In this document: piece by piece, positions 38,685-49,409 of the stretch
Position numbering within the stretch: position 1 is the stretch's first letter
How the letters are laid out: the number at the start of each line of letters is the position of its first letter
NCBI GenBank assembly: GCA_965232115.1
Contig: OZ246958.1
Coordinates: forward strand, 4,806,991 to 4,870,990
Length of the DNA stretch: 64,000 bases
Source: Candidatus Poribacteria bacterium
GTDB taxonomy: Bacteria > Poribacteria > WGA-4E > WGA-3G
Reading direction: 5' to 3'
Made by a program: the position numbers and the translations under genes
The notes under the pieces: generated by a model
The model's input: only the letters and a program-made list of their open reading frames with translations
Database searches by the model: none
What the model was told of the DNA's origin: nothing

Positions 38685-40355
38685 TTATGGATCGGTTTTT
38701 CGGATTTCTGAGCGAACTTTAAGAATATAGGAGTGATTAGGGGCTTGGGTAAAAGCAGCCTCAATTTCACGTCCAGCATCGGGGATCCTATTGAGACGGT
38801 GATAAACAAGTGCCAATGTGGCACGGTGTGCTGGTTGCCCATCGCTTTTAACGGCGGCTTCAGCAAGGATAAGTGCTTCATCAAGATCTCTGTTTTCCCA
38901 TGCAAGCAAGGAGGCCAACGCCTCTTTTGGAAATGAAACATCCGGTGCGAGCTGGATTGCCCGGCGAAAATCGGTCTCCGCCATACCAGATGCCCCCTGT
39001 TTCTGATAAATTTTTCCACGCCACAAATACCCGGGTGCCCACGTCGGTTCGTGCTGTATTCCCATTGTCAAGGCTTGCCCAGCAGCTGCCAATTCTCCGA
39101 TGCTCTCATGTAAGTTTGCAAGCTGCACATAGGCATTCATAAAATCAGGTTCATGCTGGATGAGTGTAAGGTAGCGTGACGCAGCCGCCGTTTGATCTCC
39201 AAGCTTTGCCTCTATTATACCGAGATGTAAAAGTGCCTGACGTGAGGTCGGATCTATCGTAAGGACCCGGTGATACGACAGCCTGGCACTTGTCAATTCG
39301 CCAAGTTGCATCTGAACATAGGCATAATCTTTCAAGGCAGGCGTAAACGTATCGTCCGTATCAAGTGCCTTCTGCAGGGGTGTTAAGGCACGCCGTAGCT
39401 GCTTCTCTTGAATGAACCAATGCGCCTGACGAAGATAGCGTTCAGCAAGCGTCCGACGATAGCGCGTCTCAGCAGCTTTTGCCTCCTTGGCATTTCCCAT
39501 ATCGCGTAGAACATCTGCGAGTGCCTTGTGAAACACCGGTTCACGCGGTGCATAGCGGACAGCACGTTCATAAAAACGTCGAGCAATAGCGAACTGGCCA
39601 CGCCTTAAACCGACTTCACCACGTCCAAACGCTGCACTGGCAAGCGTCTCATCTTGCGCGAGTGCCTCCCTAAAAACGGCATCGGCTTCGTCAATCCGAT
39701 TGAGTTTGAGAAGTACATGCCCGAGATTGTTATAGGCAGCAGTCGTGTCGGGGTGCAATTGGACAGCAACAATATAGTATCTGCGCGCCTGCTCCAAGTT
39801 CCCACGCTCCGTCTCAATCTGTCCCAAAGCGACGTACCACGCCGCGGGTGTGTCCTCACCAGCACCTTTGACGGCTTTTTGAAACCACGTATCAGCCTCG
39901 TCAAGCTCCTTGTTGCGGTGATATGCAGCAGCAAGTTTAGCCTGAACTATAACCCGTAGGCGTGACTTTGTAATATTGCCTTGTGGTTCGGTTGAGAGGT
40001 GTTGCAAGGCACGTTGGAAAGCAGCAATAGCGGTGGGATAATCCTTCAACTTTGCAGCGGCATCCCCCACTCCGATGTGGATAATTGGAAATTCGGGTGC
40101 TTCCTCGGTAAGACGCTGATATAATTGGAGTGCCTCGCGCCACTCCTCTGCCTGGAATGCCCGCTGTGCATCCTTTAACCGCTTCTGAAATGGCTTCGGA
40201 TAGTTCGTTATATCGTTGGATAAGAGATCTCCAAACGTCGTCGTAGTAAACAAAAATAGGAGAACTCCCAGAAAAAATAGATGCCATTTCTCTGTTAGAA
40301 CGTTCCGCTTTATCTCTCTATTTTCCGTGAGGGGTAGGTTATAATAATTCCGCAT
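38685..40355 (-). CDS. TPR-repeat protein with N-terminal membrane anchor
   Basis: Multiple 34-aa TPR units (AxxxxGxxxxxxGxxxEAxxxYxxAL). One TM helix near the N-terminus. Confidence 0.7.
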   Translation of the reverse strand: MRNYYNLPLTENREIKRNVLTEKWHLFFLGVLLFLFTTTTFGDLLSNDITNYPKPFQKRLKDAQRAFQAEEWREALQLYQRLTEEAPEFPIIHIGVGDAAAKLKDYPTAIAAFQRALQHLSTEPQGNITKSRLRVIVQAKLAAAYHRNKELDEADTWFQKAVKGAGEDTPAAWYVALGQIETERGNLEQARRYYIVAVQLHPDTTAAYNNLGHVLLKLNRIDEADAVFREALAQDETLASAAFGRGEVGLRRGQFAIARRFYERAVRYAPREPVFHKALADVLRDMGNAKEAKAAETRYRRTLAERYLRQAHWFIQEKQLRRALTPLQKALDTDDTFTPALKDYAYVQMQLGELTSARLSYHRVLTIDPTSRQALLHLGIIEAKLGDQTAAASRYLTLIQHEPDFMNAYVQLANLHESIGELAAAGQALTMGIQHEPTWAPGYLWRGKIYQKQGASGMAETDFRRAIQLAPDVSFPKEALASLLAWENRDLDEALILAEAAVKSDGQPAHRATLALVYHRLNRIPDAGREIEAAFTQAPNHSYILKVRSEIRKTDP

Positions 40356-40359
40356 CTGC

Positions 40360-41313
40360 TCACTTCGTCGTGTTCTCCTGGTCCAGTGCGTCGCCCAAAA
40401 TGTGCCAACTTACCTCTTGTCTCTGTTGGACTAACCATGCTGTGAATTCCGCCTCTGCTTTCTCTTGCTGAATCCGGTCGATAATCTCCTCACTAACCTC
40501 CTCATAAGTCTTTTGGCGCGCTGGATTGTTCTGGATGCGTTCAACAATCTGATATCCATCTGAAATACGGAGGAGAGCACTCCGATCAGAATCCGACAAC
40601 TCGGCTGCAATAACACCTAACGGCGTGTCTGCCGCAAGCGTCAACACCTCAAGTTCAATAGTTAATTGCGCCTCATAGACTTCACGTACAGTCTCAAATG
40701 TTTCGCCTTGCTGCAAACGCGCATAGAGTTGTTGCACCGTACCTTCGGCTCTCTGCTTCTCCGCTTCTGAAGCATCCTTCGGTATAACGATAGACAACGC
40801 GTTAAGGATAATCGTGGGTGGCACAATAAATTCGGCACTGTTCGCATCATAGTAAGACTTGGCTAACGTTGCGATCTCTGCGCTATTGAGAGCATTGAAA
40901 AATATGCGACGGAAAAATTCATCGTAGACCAGCTGCTCATAAATCCACGCTTTAAGCGCTTCGTCTTCCAACCTATGCCGTTGTAAAACAGTTTGGAACG
41001 CTGCATCCGAATCATATTTTTTACGAATTTCAGCTATCTTTTCCGCTACGCGCACGTTAGGCTCGGCGACAACAATGCCGAGTCGCTTAGATTCTTGTAA
41101 AACAAACTTGCGGTTAATAATAGCACCAAGCGCAACTCGATCATTAGTAATAATAGAGGACTCCATGATAGCAGCGATACCCAATTCATTTTCGAGTTCG
41201 CTGCGCGTAACGGCATCTCCACTAACAACCGCGATGACAGTATCAATTAGGATCTGTGCATCTGCCCTGCTGGTTATACAGAGCAAAAACAAAAAGACGA
41301 CCAAACGTACCAT
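40360..41313 (-). CDS. SurA-N-domain-like periplasmic chaperone
   Basis: Signal peptide. Pattern similar to the N-terminal chaperone domain of SurA/PpiD. No clear PPIase domain. Confidence 0.4.
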   Translation of the reverse strand: MVRLVVFLFLLCITSRADAQILIDTVIAVVSGDAVTRSELENELGIAAIMESSIITNDRVALGAIINRKFVLQESKRLGIVVAEPNVRVAEKIAEIRKKYDSDAAFQTVLQRHRLEDEALKAWIYEQLVYDEFFRRIFFNALNSAEIATLAKSYYDANSAEFIVPPTIILNALSIVIPKDASEAEKQRAEGTVQQLYARLQQGETFETVREVYEAQLTIELEVLTLAADTPLGVIAAELSDSDRSALLRISDGYQIVERIQNNPARQKTYEEVSEEIIDRIQQEKAEAEFTAWLVQQRQEVSWHILGDALDQENTTK

Positions 41314-41314
41314 A

Positions 41315-42496
41315 TTAGCGCGGATTCCTCGGCGTTAGCCACTCTTCTTCAATGTGAAGACCGAGTCCCGGACCGTCATTTGGAGAGATGTAACTTTCCG
41401 TTGGGAGCGACTCGCCTTCAAAGCGTTTGGTTTCCTCCAAAGGCACCCCTGGCGGAACACCGAGGTAGTATTCCACCCATGGCGTATTCGGCATAGCAGC
41501 AGAAAGGTGGAGTCCAGATTGTCGGAGTCCACCACCGTGAAAAATAACCGTCAAACCAGCGGCATCGGCAAGATGACAGATCTTAACACATTCGGTTATA
41601 CCACCCACCCAGAAGGTATCCGGCTGCAAAATATCCAAGCATCGTCTTTCAATAATCTGTTGAAATGGGAACCGAGTGTAGTGGTGTTCACCGCTTGCCA
41701 AACTCACCCAATCGACAGCCTCTCGAACTTTCACCAAACCGTCAATGTCTTCGGGAATGAGAAACTCTTCAATCCACTTGAGGCGATAGGGGCGAAGACG
41801 TTGTGCCAAACGGATAGTATAATCAACATCGAAAGCCATATAGCAATCCAGCATAATTTCAACATCATCCCCGACTGTTTCTCTGGTTTCCGCGACGAGT
41901 TTCTCATTTTCTTTTAAACCCCATTCACCATCCACGGGTCCGTAAGGACACGCTAACTTCACCGCCTTGAATCCCAGCTCCAACTGCCAATCGGTATCAT
42001 TACCCGTAGCGTAGGCAAAGAGTTTCTCACGTACAGGACCACCGAGGAGTTCATAGACCGGTTGGTTTTTAATTTTCCCGATTAGATCCCATAAGGCGAT
42101 GTCAATACCGCTGATTGCACAACTGGTCAAACCCTGCGATCCGTAAGGTTTGGACATACGAAACATCATATCCCAAATCTTTTCAACAGCAAAGCAATTC
42201 TCACCAATCAGCATCGGCGCGAAGTGCTCATCAATAATCGCCGCAACAGGCGTTCCGAAGGAGGTTTCACCGATGCCCCAAGTACCGTCTTCGGCAGTGA
42301 CCTTAACATAGACGGTATCCCACTTCGGCATCCAACTGGAACGGTGGCGTTTGTATTGCGGATAACGCGACATCGGATTCGCAACTTCAGCATGGACGTT
42401 CCACGCCTCGCGACGCGGCTGTGTGCGTTCGCCTTCGCGCGGCGGCACGTCAATTCGGACTGTCTGTATGTCTTTTATTTTCATCTTCTGCTCCAC
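41315..42496 (-). CDS. Enolase-superfamily dehydratase (L-rhamnonate-dehydratase-like)
   Basis: GIGETS capping motif and barrel metal ligands. The long N-terminal extension is typical of the RhamD subgroup. Confidence 0.65.
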   Translation of the reverse strand: MEQKMKIKDIQTVRIDVPPREGERTQPRREAWNVHAEVANPMSRYPQYKRHRSSWMPKWDTVYVKVTAEDGTWGIGETSFGTPVAAIIDEHFAPMLIGENCFAVEKIWDMMFRMSKPYGSQGLTSCAISGIDIALWDLIGKIKNQPVYELLGGPVREKLFAYATGNDTDWQLELGFKAVKLACPYGPVDGEWGLKENEKLVAETRETVGDDVEIMLDCYMAFDVDYTIRLAQRLRPYRLKWIEEFLIPEDIDGLVKVREAVDWVSLASGEHHYTRFPFQQIIERRCLDILQPDTFWVGGITECVKICHLADAAGLTVIFHGGGLRQSGLHLSAAMPNTPWVEYYLGVPPGVPLEETKRFEGESLPTESYISPNDGPGLGLHIEEEWLTPRNPR

Positions 42497-42599
42497 TCAG
42501 AGTTTACAGCATGATAGCATAGATAGGTATTTAATTCAAATGTCCATGAGGGTTCGTAAGACCTATTTGTTTTAAACACCTATATGGAGTATAATAGAG

Positions 42600-44132
42600 A
42601 TGTACTGCAACAATACGATTGAAGTCAACTTGGAGGACCTTGTAATAATGGAAGATTTTGCTCCTCATACATACACGCCGGTATATCCAGGACCCAACAC
42701 AGACCTACTTGAGGCACAAGCGAGAGTTTGCACGGGACCGCATCAGACACGTCCGTTAGGCATAAACCCCTCAGATTCACCGCAACCAGAGCCGATCCTT
42801 GAAACGATTCTGAAATCCATATCCGACGGACTGCCGGAAACAGAGACAGCATCAGCAGCACAGATGGGCGCGTTTTTCGCAGCGATGACGCTCCGCGCCT
42901 ATTTCCCGAAATCAACACAATGGAGCCCAGCGGAAGCAGCTGCATTCCGTAAATATCAATCAGCACTCACAGAACAACTACCACCTGAGATCCAATATCT
43001 GATGAATCCCGATGACGGATACGCGCCAGGGAACCCAACAGAGGCAGTTGTCGTGAACGCATTGGAAAAGATTTTACGCGCCAAACATCTAAGTCACATT
43101 GAAACCCGTGAGATGTGCGAAGCCATCCTTAGCGACGAAGTAAATCCAGCACTTAAAGGTGCTGCATTGATAGGACAACGGATGAACCGCGAAACATATC
43201 AGGAAGTACGCGGCTATCTTGATGCGTTTTTCGGACCGGAAGCCGTCCAACCGATTGATGTCGCCTCACTCACCCACTTCGGACAGCCTTACGACGGCGC
43301 GACACGCTATTTTCGTCCGACCCTCTTTGTCGCAGCCGTGCGTGCAGCACTCGGCGAAGCATCACTCCTTCACGGTGTAGACGCGATGCCACCAAAAAAT
43401 GGTGTAACAGAAGAGGCTATTTTGACAGCACTCGGTGCAAACATATGTCTCTCGTTCACGCAGACGGCATCACTAATTACTGACGAGTCAGTCGGTTTCG
43501 GATATGTCAGCCAGCGAGAGTATTGCCCGGCTGCTTATGATTTACGAGAACTACGGGTGCACATCAAGAAACGTCCACCCTGGGCAGCAACCGAGAAGGC
43601 ACAACAGTTCTTCTCAGCGCGAAAAGCAAACTATATGGTACTCGGCTACTACCATATCGGTTACGAAAAACCGCTCCTGCAACTGGCGTGGGAACGCGGA
43701 TTTGATGCCGCTGTCGCTGTGAAGGGTGAAGAGGGATCGAGTCATTATGCCCTGCGCCTCGGAAAACCCTCTACATCCGACAGAATGGCAATCAACTATT
43801 CGCAAGGTTTTCGCCGTGTGAGGGGTGTCCGTGAAGACTTCGCGATGGACATAAATCCGGAGATTTACGGATTCAACTATGCCCGAAGTCCACGTCCAGA
43901 GATTGTCAGCGCGCAAGCGTTTGCGGAGGCAGGCGTGGCAGCACTATCGGGTGAAAAAGGACATGTCTACGATAGGATCCTGCTGAACACAGCAATGGTT
44001 GACTACCTGTTGGGAATCTGTCCAGAACCGGAAGAGGCACTCGCGCGTGCAAGGTCTGTAATGGATAATGGAAGCGCGTTGAAACATCTACAAGCGTATA
44101 TAGCAGCCAGCAATCGGCTATCAATGGAATAG
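42600..44132 (+). CDS. Glycosyl-transferase-family-3 (anthranilate phosphoribosyltransferase TrpD-like) protein, divergent paralog
   Basis: N-terminal helical domain and a Gly-rich region resemble TrpD. It lacks the trp-operon context and is longer than TrpD. Confidence 0.45.
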   Translation: MYCNNTIEVNLEDLVIMEDFAPHTYTPVYPGPNTDLLEAQARVCTGPHQTRPLGINPSDSPQPEPILETILKSISDGLPETETASAAQMGAFFAAMTLRAYFPKSTQWSPAEAAAFRKYQSALTEQLPPEIQYLMNPDDGYAPGNPTEAVVVNALEKILRAKHLSHIETREMCEAILSDEVNPALKGAALIGQRMNRETYQEVRGYLDAFFGPEAVQPIDVASLTHFGQPYDGATRYFRPTLFVAAVRAALGEASLLHGVDAMPPKNGVTEEAILTALGANICLSFTQTASLITDESVGFGYVSQREYCPAAYDLRELRVHIKKRPPWAATEKAQQFFSARKANYMVLGYYHIGYEKPLLQLAWERGFDAAVAVKGEEGSSHYALRLGKPSTSDRMAINYSQGFRRVRGVREDFAMDINPEIYGFNYARSPRPEIVSAQAFAEAGVAALSGEKGHVYDRILLNTAMVDYLLGICPEPEEALARARSVMDNGSALKHLQAYIAASNRLSME

Positions 44133-44139
44133 CCAATAA

Positions 44140-45282
44140 CTAAATATAACCTGTTGAACCATCTGGACGGATGGGACAGGTGCGTTGCCAATGGATGTAT
44201 TCGTTATCCATGATAGCTGCTTCGTTTACCTCCACACCCAAGCCGGGGCGATTCCGTAACTCCAAATAGCCATCTTTTGGTAGATAGGGTTCATCTACCC
44301 AGTCGTTCCATTCCGTTTCAGTCGGCAAGAGATACTCCAAAATTTTGAAGTTCGGGGTTGCCGCGGCGAAGTGAACATTGACTGCAGTTGCCAGCGGTCC
44401 CATCGGATTGTGTGGGGCAATGCTCACATAGTGTGCCTCGGCGATCGCGGCAATCTTGCGCATCTCCAACAATCCTCCACAAACACAGATGTCTGGTTGA
44501 ATGATGTCGGCACCCTGTCCGGCAATGAGGTCCAGAAACTCAAAACGCGTATAGAGAGACTCTCCCGTCGCAAGTGGGACTTGCATCTGGGCACGAAGGC
44601 GTGACCATGCGGGGATATGTTCAGGTCGGAGTGGCTCCTCGTAGAAATATGGATCGTAAGGCGCGAGGGCATTTGCCAGTTGCAGTGCTCGAATCGGTTC
44701 AAAGATCTTGGCGTGTGGATCGAAGGCAAACTCCCACTCTGTCGGTGTATTCTCTCGAATCTGCTCAAAATAGGTAGCAGCAGCATCGCAGACGCGTCCC
44801 CACCGATTTGCATCGGGATCCAGTTGATAAGGACTGGTCTTGAACGCAGTGAACCCCCACTCTTCATGGAGTTTGTGCGCTTGGTCGGCGGCTTCAATGC
44901 CATCCCTACCCCCGATGCCACGGTAGATACGGATGCGATCCCGGGCATGCCCACCGAGGAGCATGTAGACTGGTAAACCCGCTGCCTTCCCACTGATGTC
45001 CCAAAGGGCATGATCAACAGCGGAAATGACGGCAAGTCCAGCACCACCGGCTGGAAAACGGAACTGCTGATGCAGTTTCATCATGATATACTCAATCCGT
45101 CTCGGATCGTCGCCCTGAATCATCTGAAAAATGTAATCAGCAATAGGCTCAACAGACAGGTCTGGACCTGTGGAGTAGGCTTCACCCCAGCCATAGAGTC
45201 CTTCGTCTGTTTCTACTTTGATGAGTCCGCGGGGTCGGTTACCAAAGCGTGCCATAAAGGTTTTAATAGCAGTAATTTTCAT
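44140..45282 (-). CDS. Enolase-superfamily dehydratase (galactonate-dehydratase-like)
   Basis: KVETDEGLYGWGEA motif. 380 aa. Confidence 0.8.
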   Translation of the reverse strand: MKITAIKTFMARFGNRPRGLIKVETDEGLYGWGEAYSTGPDLSVEPIADYIFQMIQGDDPRRIEYIMMKLHQQFRFPAGGAGLAVISAVDHALWDISGKAAGLPVYMLLGGHARDRIRIYRGIGGRDGIEAADQAHKLHEEWGFTAFKTSPYQLDPDANRWGRVCDAAATYFEQIRENTPTEWEFAFDPHAKIFEPIRALQLANALAPYDPYFYEEPLRPEHIPAWSRLRAQMQVPLATGESLYTRFEFLDLIAGQGADIIQPDICVCGGLLEMRKIAAIAEAHYVSIAPHNPMGPLATAVNVHFAAATPNFKILEYLLPTETEWNDWVDEPYLPKDGYLELRNRPGLGVEVNEAAIMDNEYIHWQRTCPIRPDGSTGYI

Positions 45283-45390
45283 TTTTTTCTCCTTCGTCGG
45301 CTATTAGCAATCAGGGCACTCCACTCTCAGCAATCCGCTATTTGCCGTTAGGAATTCGCTAACCGCTAATTGCTATCCGCCAACCGCCAA

Positions 45391-46935
45391 TTACCAGGGA
45401 TGGGTACGAAACGGTGATGCAGGTAGCTCTTCCTTGTTTACCAAATTGGGTTCAGCACTTTGATGCCAACCGAATCGGACTGCGACCGGATTTGCAACGG
45501 TGTCACTGGAAACGATGATCGTGTCGCCATCAATCACTGCTTGCGCTTCAACGAATTGCTTATCTTCACCTGCAATTTCAAACCATGTGAGAGGTTTCTC
45601 GCCTCGTGCCATCAGTCCACTACCCACAGAGTCGAAACTGAGTCGAATTGTGTTCCCCTCTATTTCCATTGATTTGTAGAGTGGACCGGAGTAAGTTACA
45701 TCTTCTCTGCCGTATGTCTTTGCAAGTGCCCACAACGCAAGCCGTCTTCCGACATCCTGTTTGTTGCGCGGGTGGATGTCTCTGAGGTTACCGATGTCCG
45801 TTGTTACAGCCATGCCCGTATTTGGAACAGACAACGTTGCTGCTTGTGCCTCCCAAATTTGGGGCAAGAAAAATGGACTGGCGTTCCGTCCGCCGTAATT
45901 GAACGGCGCGAGTTGAACGAAATAGAAGGGAAAATCGCCTTGCCCCCAAACCTCGCGCCATCCGTTGATGAGTGCTTTCATTTTCTCGTGGTAGCGCATA
46001 CCGTCTCGAAGGTTCGACTCACCTTGATACCAGAGTGCGCCGCGTATAGCGTAAGGGACAAGCGGATGCACCATACCGTTGTAAAGCCCTGTAGGTCTCG
46101 CTTGATGCCTCAAAGAGTGTCTATTATCAGGCATCTGTGTAAGGCGTGCTTCTGTTTCTAATGCTTTCCGTGTCTCGGCTATCCACGCTTCAATATCCTT
46201 CATCTTCTGTGGAAGCTGCTGGCGATAAGTTTCGTGTGCCTCCTGAATCTCTTTAGATATGGATTCAAGAGCAGGAATACCAGCAAAACCAACAGGCGGG
46301 GTCCACGGTTCAATACGGGTACCACCCCAAGAGGTATTGATTAGTCCGATGGGTACATCAAGGTTTTTATAGAGCTTCCGCCCGAAATAGTAAGCGACAG
46401 CAGAGAAATTCGCGATTGTCTCTGGGTTGGTCTCGTACCAGTCAGCCTCTACATCGTTCTGAAGCAGCCCTGAAGGGACTCTCGGTACATAGAACAGTCG
46501 GATATTTGGATAGTTCGCTGCAGCAATTTCCGCTTCACTGTCTTTTGAGGCACTCACAGACCACTGCATGTTTGATTGCCCAGAGCAAACCCATACCTCT
46601 CCGAAAAGGATGTTTGTCAGTTCAAGGGTGTTACTGCCGGTGACACGAAGTTTGTACGGACCGCCGGCGGACATGGCGGGAAGTTTGGTTTGCCAATTGC
46701 CTTCCGCGCCAGCAGTCACGGTAGTTGAGAAAACGGATTCAGCACCTTCGTCTTCAGTGCTAAGGTTTACCTTAATTTCTTCGCCTGTGGATGCCCAACC
46801 CCAAATTGGGACCTCCATATCGCGTTGTAATACCATATTACTACCAATAACGCGTGGCAGGGTAACTTCGGCATACACAAAGGGCTGGGTGAAAAATAAT
46901 AGGAAACTGATAAAAAATAGTGTAATTCGTTTCAT
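45391..46935 (-). CDS. Sialate O-acetylesterase (SASA/SGNH-hydrolase family carbohydrate esterase)
   Basis: Signal peptide. GEVWVCSGQSNM catalytic block of the SASA family. Confidence 0.75.
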   Translation of the reverse strand: MKRITLFFISFLLFFTQPFVYAEVTLPRVIGSNMVLQRDMEVPIWGWASTGEEIKVNLSTEDEGAESVFSTTVTAGAEGNWQTKLPAMSAGGPYKLRVTGSNTLELTNILFGEVWVCSGQSNMQWSVSASKDSEAEIAAANYPNIRLFYVPRVPSGLLQNDVEADWYETNPETIANFSAVAYYFGRKLYKNLDVPIGLINTSWGGTRIEPWTPPVGFAGIPALESISKEIQEAHETYRQQLPQKMKDIEAWIAETRKALETEARLTQMPDNRHSLRHQARPTGLYNGMVHPLVPYAIRGALWYQGESNLRDGMRYHEKMKALINGWREVWGQGDFPFYFVQLAPFNYGGRNASPFFLPQIWEAQAATLSVPNTGMAVTTDIGNLRDIHPRNKQDVGRRLALWALAKTYGREDVTYSGPLYKSMEIEGNTIRLSFDSVGSGLMARGEKPLTWFEIAGEDKQFVEAQAVIDGDTIIVSSDTVANPVAVRFGWHQSAEPNLVNKEELPASPFRTHPW

Positions 46936-46970
46936 GTTGTCACTCCTTAAAATTTAAACGGTTAATTGTG

Positions 46971-49382
46971 TCAACTCCCATCCCCGTTTTCTTGCAGGCG
47001 CTCGGCGAGGTAACTGTTCCGCTCCATGACCTGATTGTTACGAATACAGATAGCGAGTGCCTGTTTGGTACCGACGATTATGACCCGTTCCTTTGCACGG
47101 GTGATACCGGTGTAAAGGAGATTCCGCTGCAACATGAGATAGTGTTGCGTGTGCAATGGAATAACAACAGCGGGATACTCGCTGCCTTGTGCTTTGTGAA
47201 TAGTCGTCGCATACGCCAAGACGAGTTCGCCGAGGTCTGCTGTATCGTAAGCGACCTGTTTATCAGGGAACTGGATGCGAACTTTTTTGTCAATGTGCTC
47301 AATTGCGACAACCCTCCCGATATCGCCGTTAAACACGTCATAATCGTAATTGTTGCGGACCTGCATCACCTTATCGCCGATGCGGAAACCGCCAACCGTG
47401 CGAGATCGACTGGAAAACTGCGATACCTGCTTGCTGGCACGAGGACCAAAGCGCGCTTTCTCCAACGGATGGATTGCTGTCGGAGCAGTATATTCAAGAT
47501 TCAATACTTCCTGAAGGCGTTTGTTGAGACTTTCAGTACCAAGTGCTCCGCGTCGCATTGGACACAGGAGTTGGATGTCATCTATGGGATGGTAGTCGTA
47601 GTGTTGCGGTAGCCGATCAGAAATGAGAGAACATATCAATTCAACAATTTCGTCTGGATCCTCCTCCTCTATGAAGAAGAAATTTCGGTCAGCCTCGCCA
47701 GTGAGTTCTGGAAAACCACCCTTGTTGATGCGATGGGCGTTCATGACAATCATGCTTTCTTGTGCCTGACGGAATATTTCAGTCAGTTTAATAACGGGTA
47801 TCTTCTGCGAATCAATGAGCGACTTGAGAACATTGCCCGCACCGACAGAGGGGAGCTGATCAACATCGCCAATCAAGATGAGGGTCGTACTCGGGCGGAT
47901 GGCTTGCATCAGGCGATTCATCAGAACAAGGTCTACCATAGATGTCTCGTCAACGATGACGACATCTGTGTCCAACGGGTTCTGGCGATTTCGCTTAAAT
48001 CCGTTATTTTGTGGAGAGAATTCAAGAAGCCGATGGATGGTTTTGGCTTCACCGCCGGTTGTTTCGCTGAGACGTTTCGCGGCTCGGCCGGTGGGTGCTG
48101 TTAAGGTGATGTGCCTGCCTTGTGATTCAAACAGGCGAATCATTCCAACGGTCGTTGTCGTTTTGCCAGTGCCGGGGCCGCCAGTGAGAATCATCGTCCG
48201 CGTCGTCATCGCTGTCCGGATCGCCTCGCGTTGCTGCGGTGCGAAACGGATCCCCATCTCCTGCTCTAATTCGGTAAGGACCGTATCAGTGGTAAATGAC
48301 AACGCTTTCGTGTCTGCGTAACTGAGATCTTGTCCTTCATTAGATAGGAGTCTTAAGAACTGGTTTGCGACACCGAGTTCAGCGTAGTAAAAAGGTGCAA
48401 GGTAAATGGCGGAACGGCTGTCGGCTATCGGCTGTCGGCTATCAGGTGTGGGCTGCAAAACTGCTGTGTCTGCTCTAAAGTCCTCTTGCTGACCGCTACT
48501 CTCGTGATTGCTAATTTCATATCCTTCCTGTGGCTCACCTACATTGACCTGTTCGTTAGCGTGCATTGGGTCTGTAAAGTCGGGGACCATCACTTCTTCT
48601 TTTTCAGCGAGGACATGGATACCGTCTTCAATCGCTTCGGCTTCCTGTTCAAGCATGGTTTGACACGCCTCAACAAGCTCGTTGTGGTGTTGAAAGACGT
48701 GTCCTTCATCTGCCTTTTGGCTGAGAACGTATTTGATTCCCGCTTGTACTCTGTGTGGCGCGTCCTTATCTATGCCAAGTTTTTGGGCGATTGTGTCGGC
48801 TGTTACAAACCCGATGCCGTAAATATCATCAGCGAGCCGATACGGATTCTCCGTGACTACAGCGATTGCGTCGTTTTCATAAGTTTTATAAATCTTTGCG
48901 GCGTGTGTTGTGCTGACATCGTGGGATTGGAGGAAAAGCATAACGTTTTTAATTTCGCGCTGTGCCTCCCACGCTTCTTTGATGATTTTCACTCGATGTC
49001 GTCCAATACCAGGGATACGCGCTAACTTTTCAGGGGCATGCTCAATGATATCCATGGTATCCATGCCGAACTTTTGAACGATGCGTGTCGCCATCCTCGG
49101 ACCGATGCCCTTGATTAATCCCGAGCCGAGGTATTTTCTTAATCCGACAACATTTGCGGGTAGGATGGTTTCGTACTTCTCGATTTGGAACTGTCTACCA
49201 TACTTGGCGTTGTCCACCCACTCGCCTTGGAGGAGAAGACTTTCGCCTGGGTTAACGGATGCCAAATTGCCGACGACAGTGATAAGTTCGGCGTGGTCGC
49301 GCGCCGAGAGCCGCCCGACTGTGTAACCAGTGTCAGGGTTTTCATAGACGATACGTTCGAGTATACCCTGCAATGTTTCCAT
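46971..49382 (-). CDS. recD2: RecD2-type SF1B ATP-dependent DNA helicase
   Basis: N-terminal RecD2 domain and HhH region (GIGPRMA), Walker A GGPGTGKTT, C-terminal SF1 motifs. Contains an internal hexamer-repeat insertion at 48415-48450. Confidence 0.85.
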   Translation of the reverse strand: METLQGILERIVYENPDTGYTVGRLSARDHAELITVVGNLASVNPGESLLLQGEWVDNAKYGRQFQIEKYETILPANVVGLRKYLGSGLIKGIGPRMATRIVQKFGMDTMDIIEHAPEKLARIPGIGRHRVKIIKEAWEAQREIKNVMLFLQSHDVSTTHAAKIYKTYENDAIAVVTENPYRLADDIYGIGFVTADTIAQKLGIDKDAPHRVQAGIKYVLSQKADEGHVFQHHNELVEACQTMLEQEAEAIEDGIHVLAEKEEVMVPDFTDPMHANEQVNVGEPQEGYEISNHESSGQQEDFRADTAVLQPTPDSRQPIADSRSAIYLAPFYYAELGVANQFLRLLSNEGQDLSYADTKALSFTTDTVLTELEQEMGIRFAPQQREAIRTAMTTRTMILTGGPGTGKTTTTVGMIRLFESQGRHITLTAPTGRAAKRLSETTGGEAKTIHRLLEFSPQNNGFKRNRQNPLDTDVVIVDETSMVDLVLMNRLMQAIRPSTTLILIGDVDQLPSVGAGNVLKSLIDSQKIPVIKLTEIFRQAQESMIVMNAHRINKGGFPELTGEADRNFFFIEEEDPDEIVELICSLISDRLPQHYDYHPIDDIQLLCPMRRGALGTESLNKRLQEVLNLEYTAPTAIHPLEKARFGPRASKQVSQFSSRSRTVGGFRIGDKVMQVRNNYDYDVFNGDIGRVVAIEHIDKKVRIQFPDKQVAYDTADLGELVLAYATTIHKAQGSEYPAVVIPLHTQHYLMLQRNLLYTGITRAKERVIIVGTKQALAICIRNNQVMERNSYLAERLQENGDGS

Positions 49383-49409
49383 TTTGTCGGATCCATATAG
49401 TAGAGTGCG

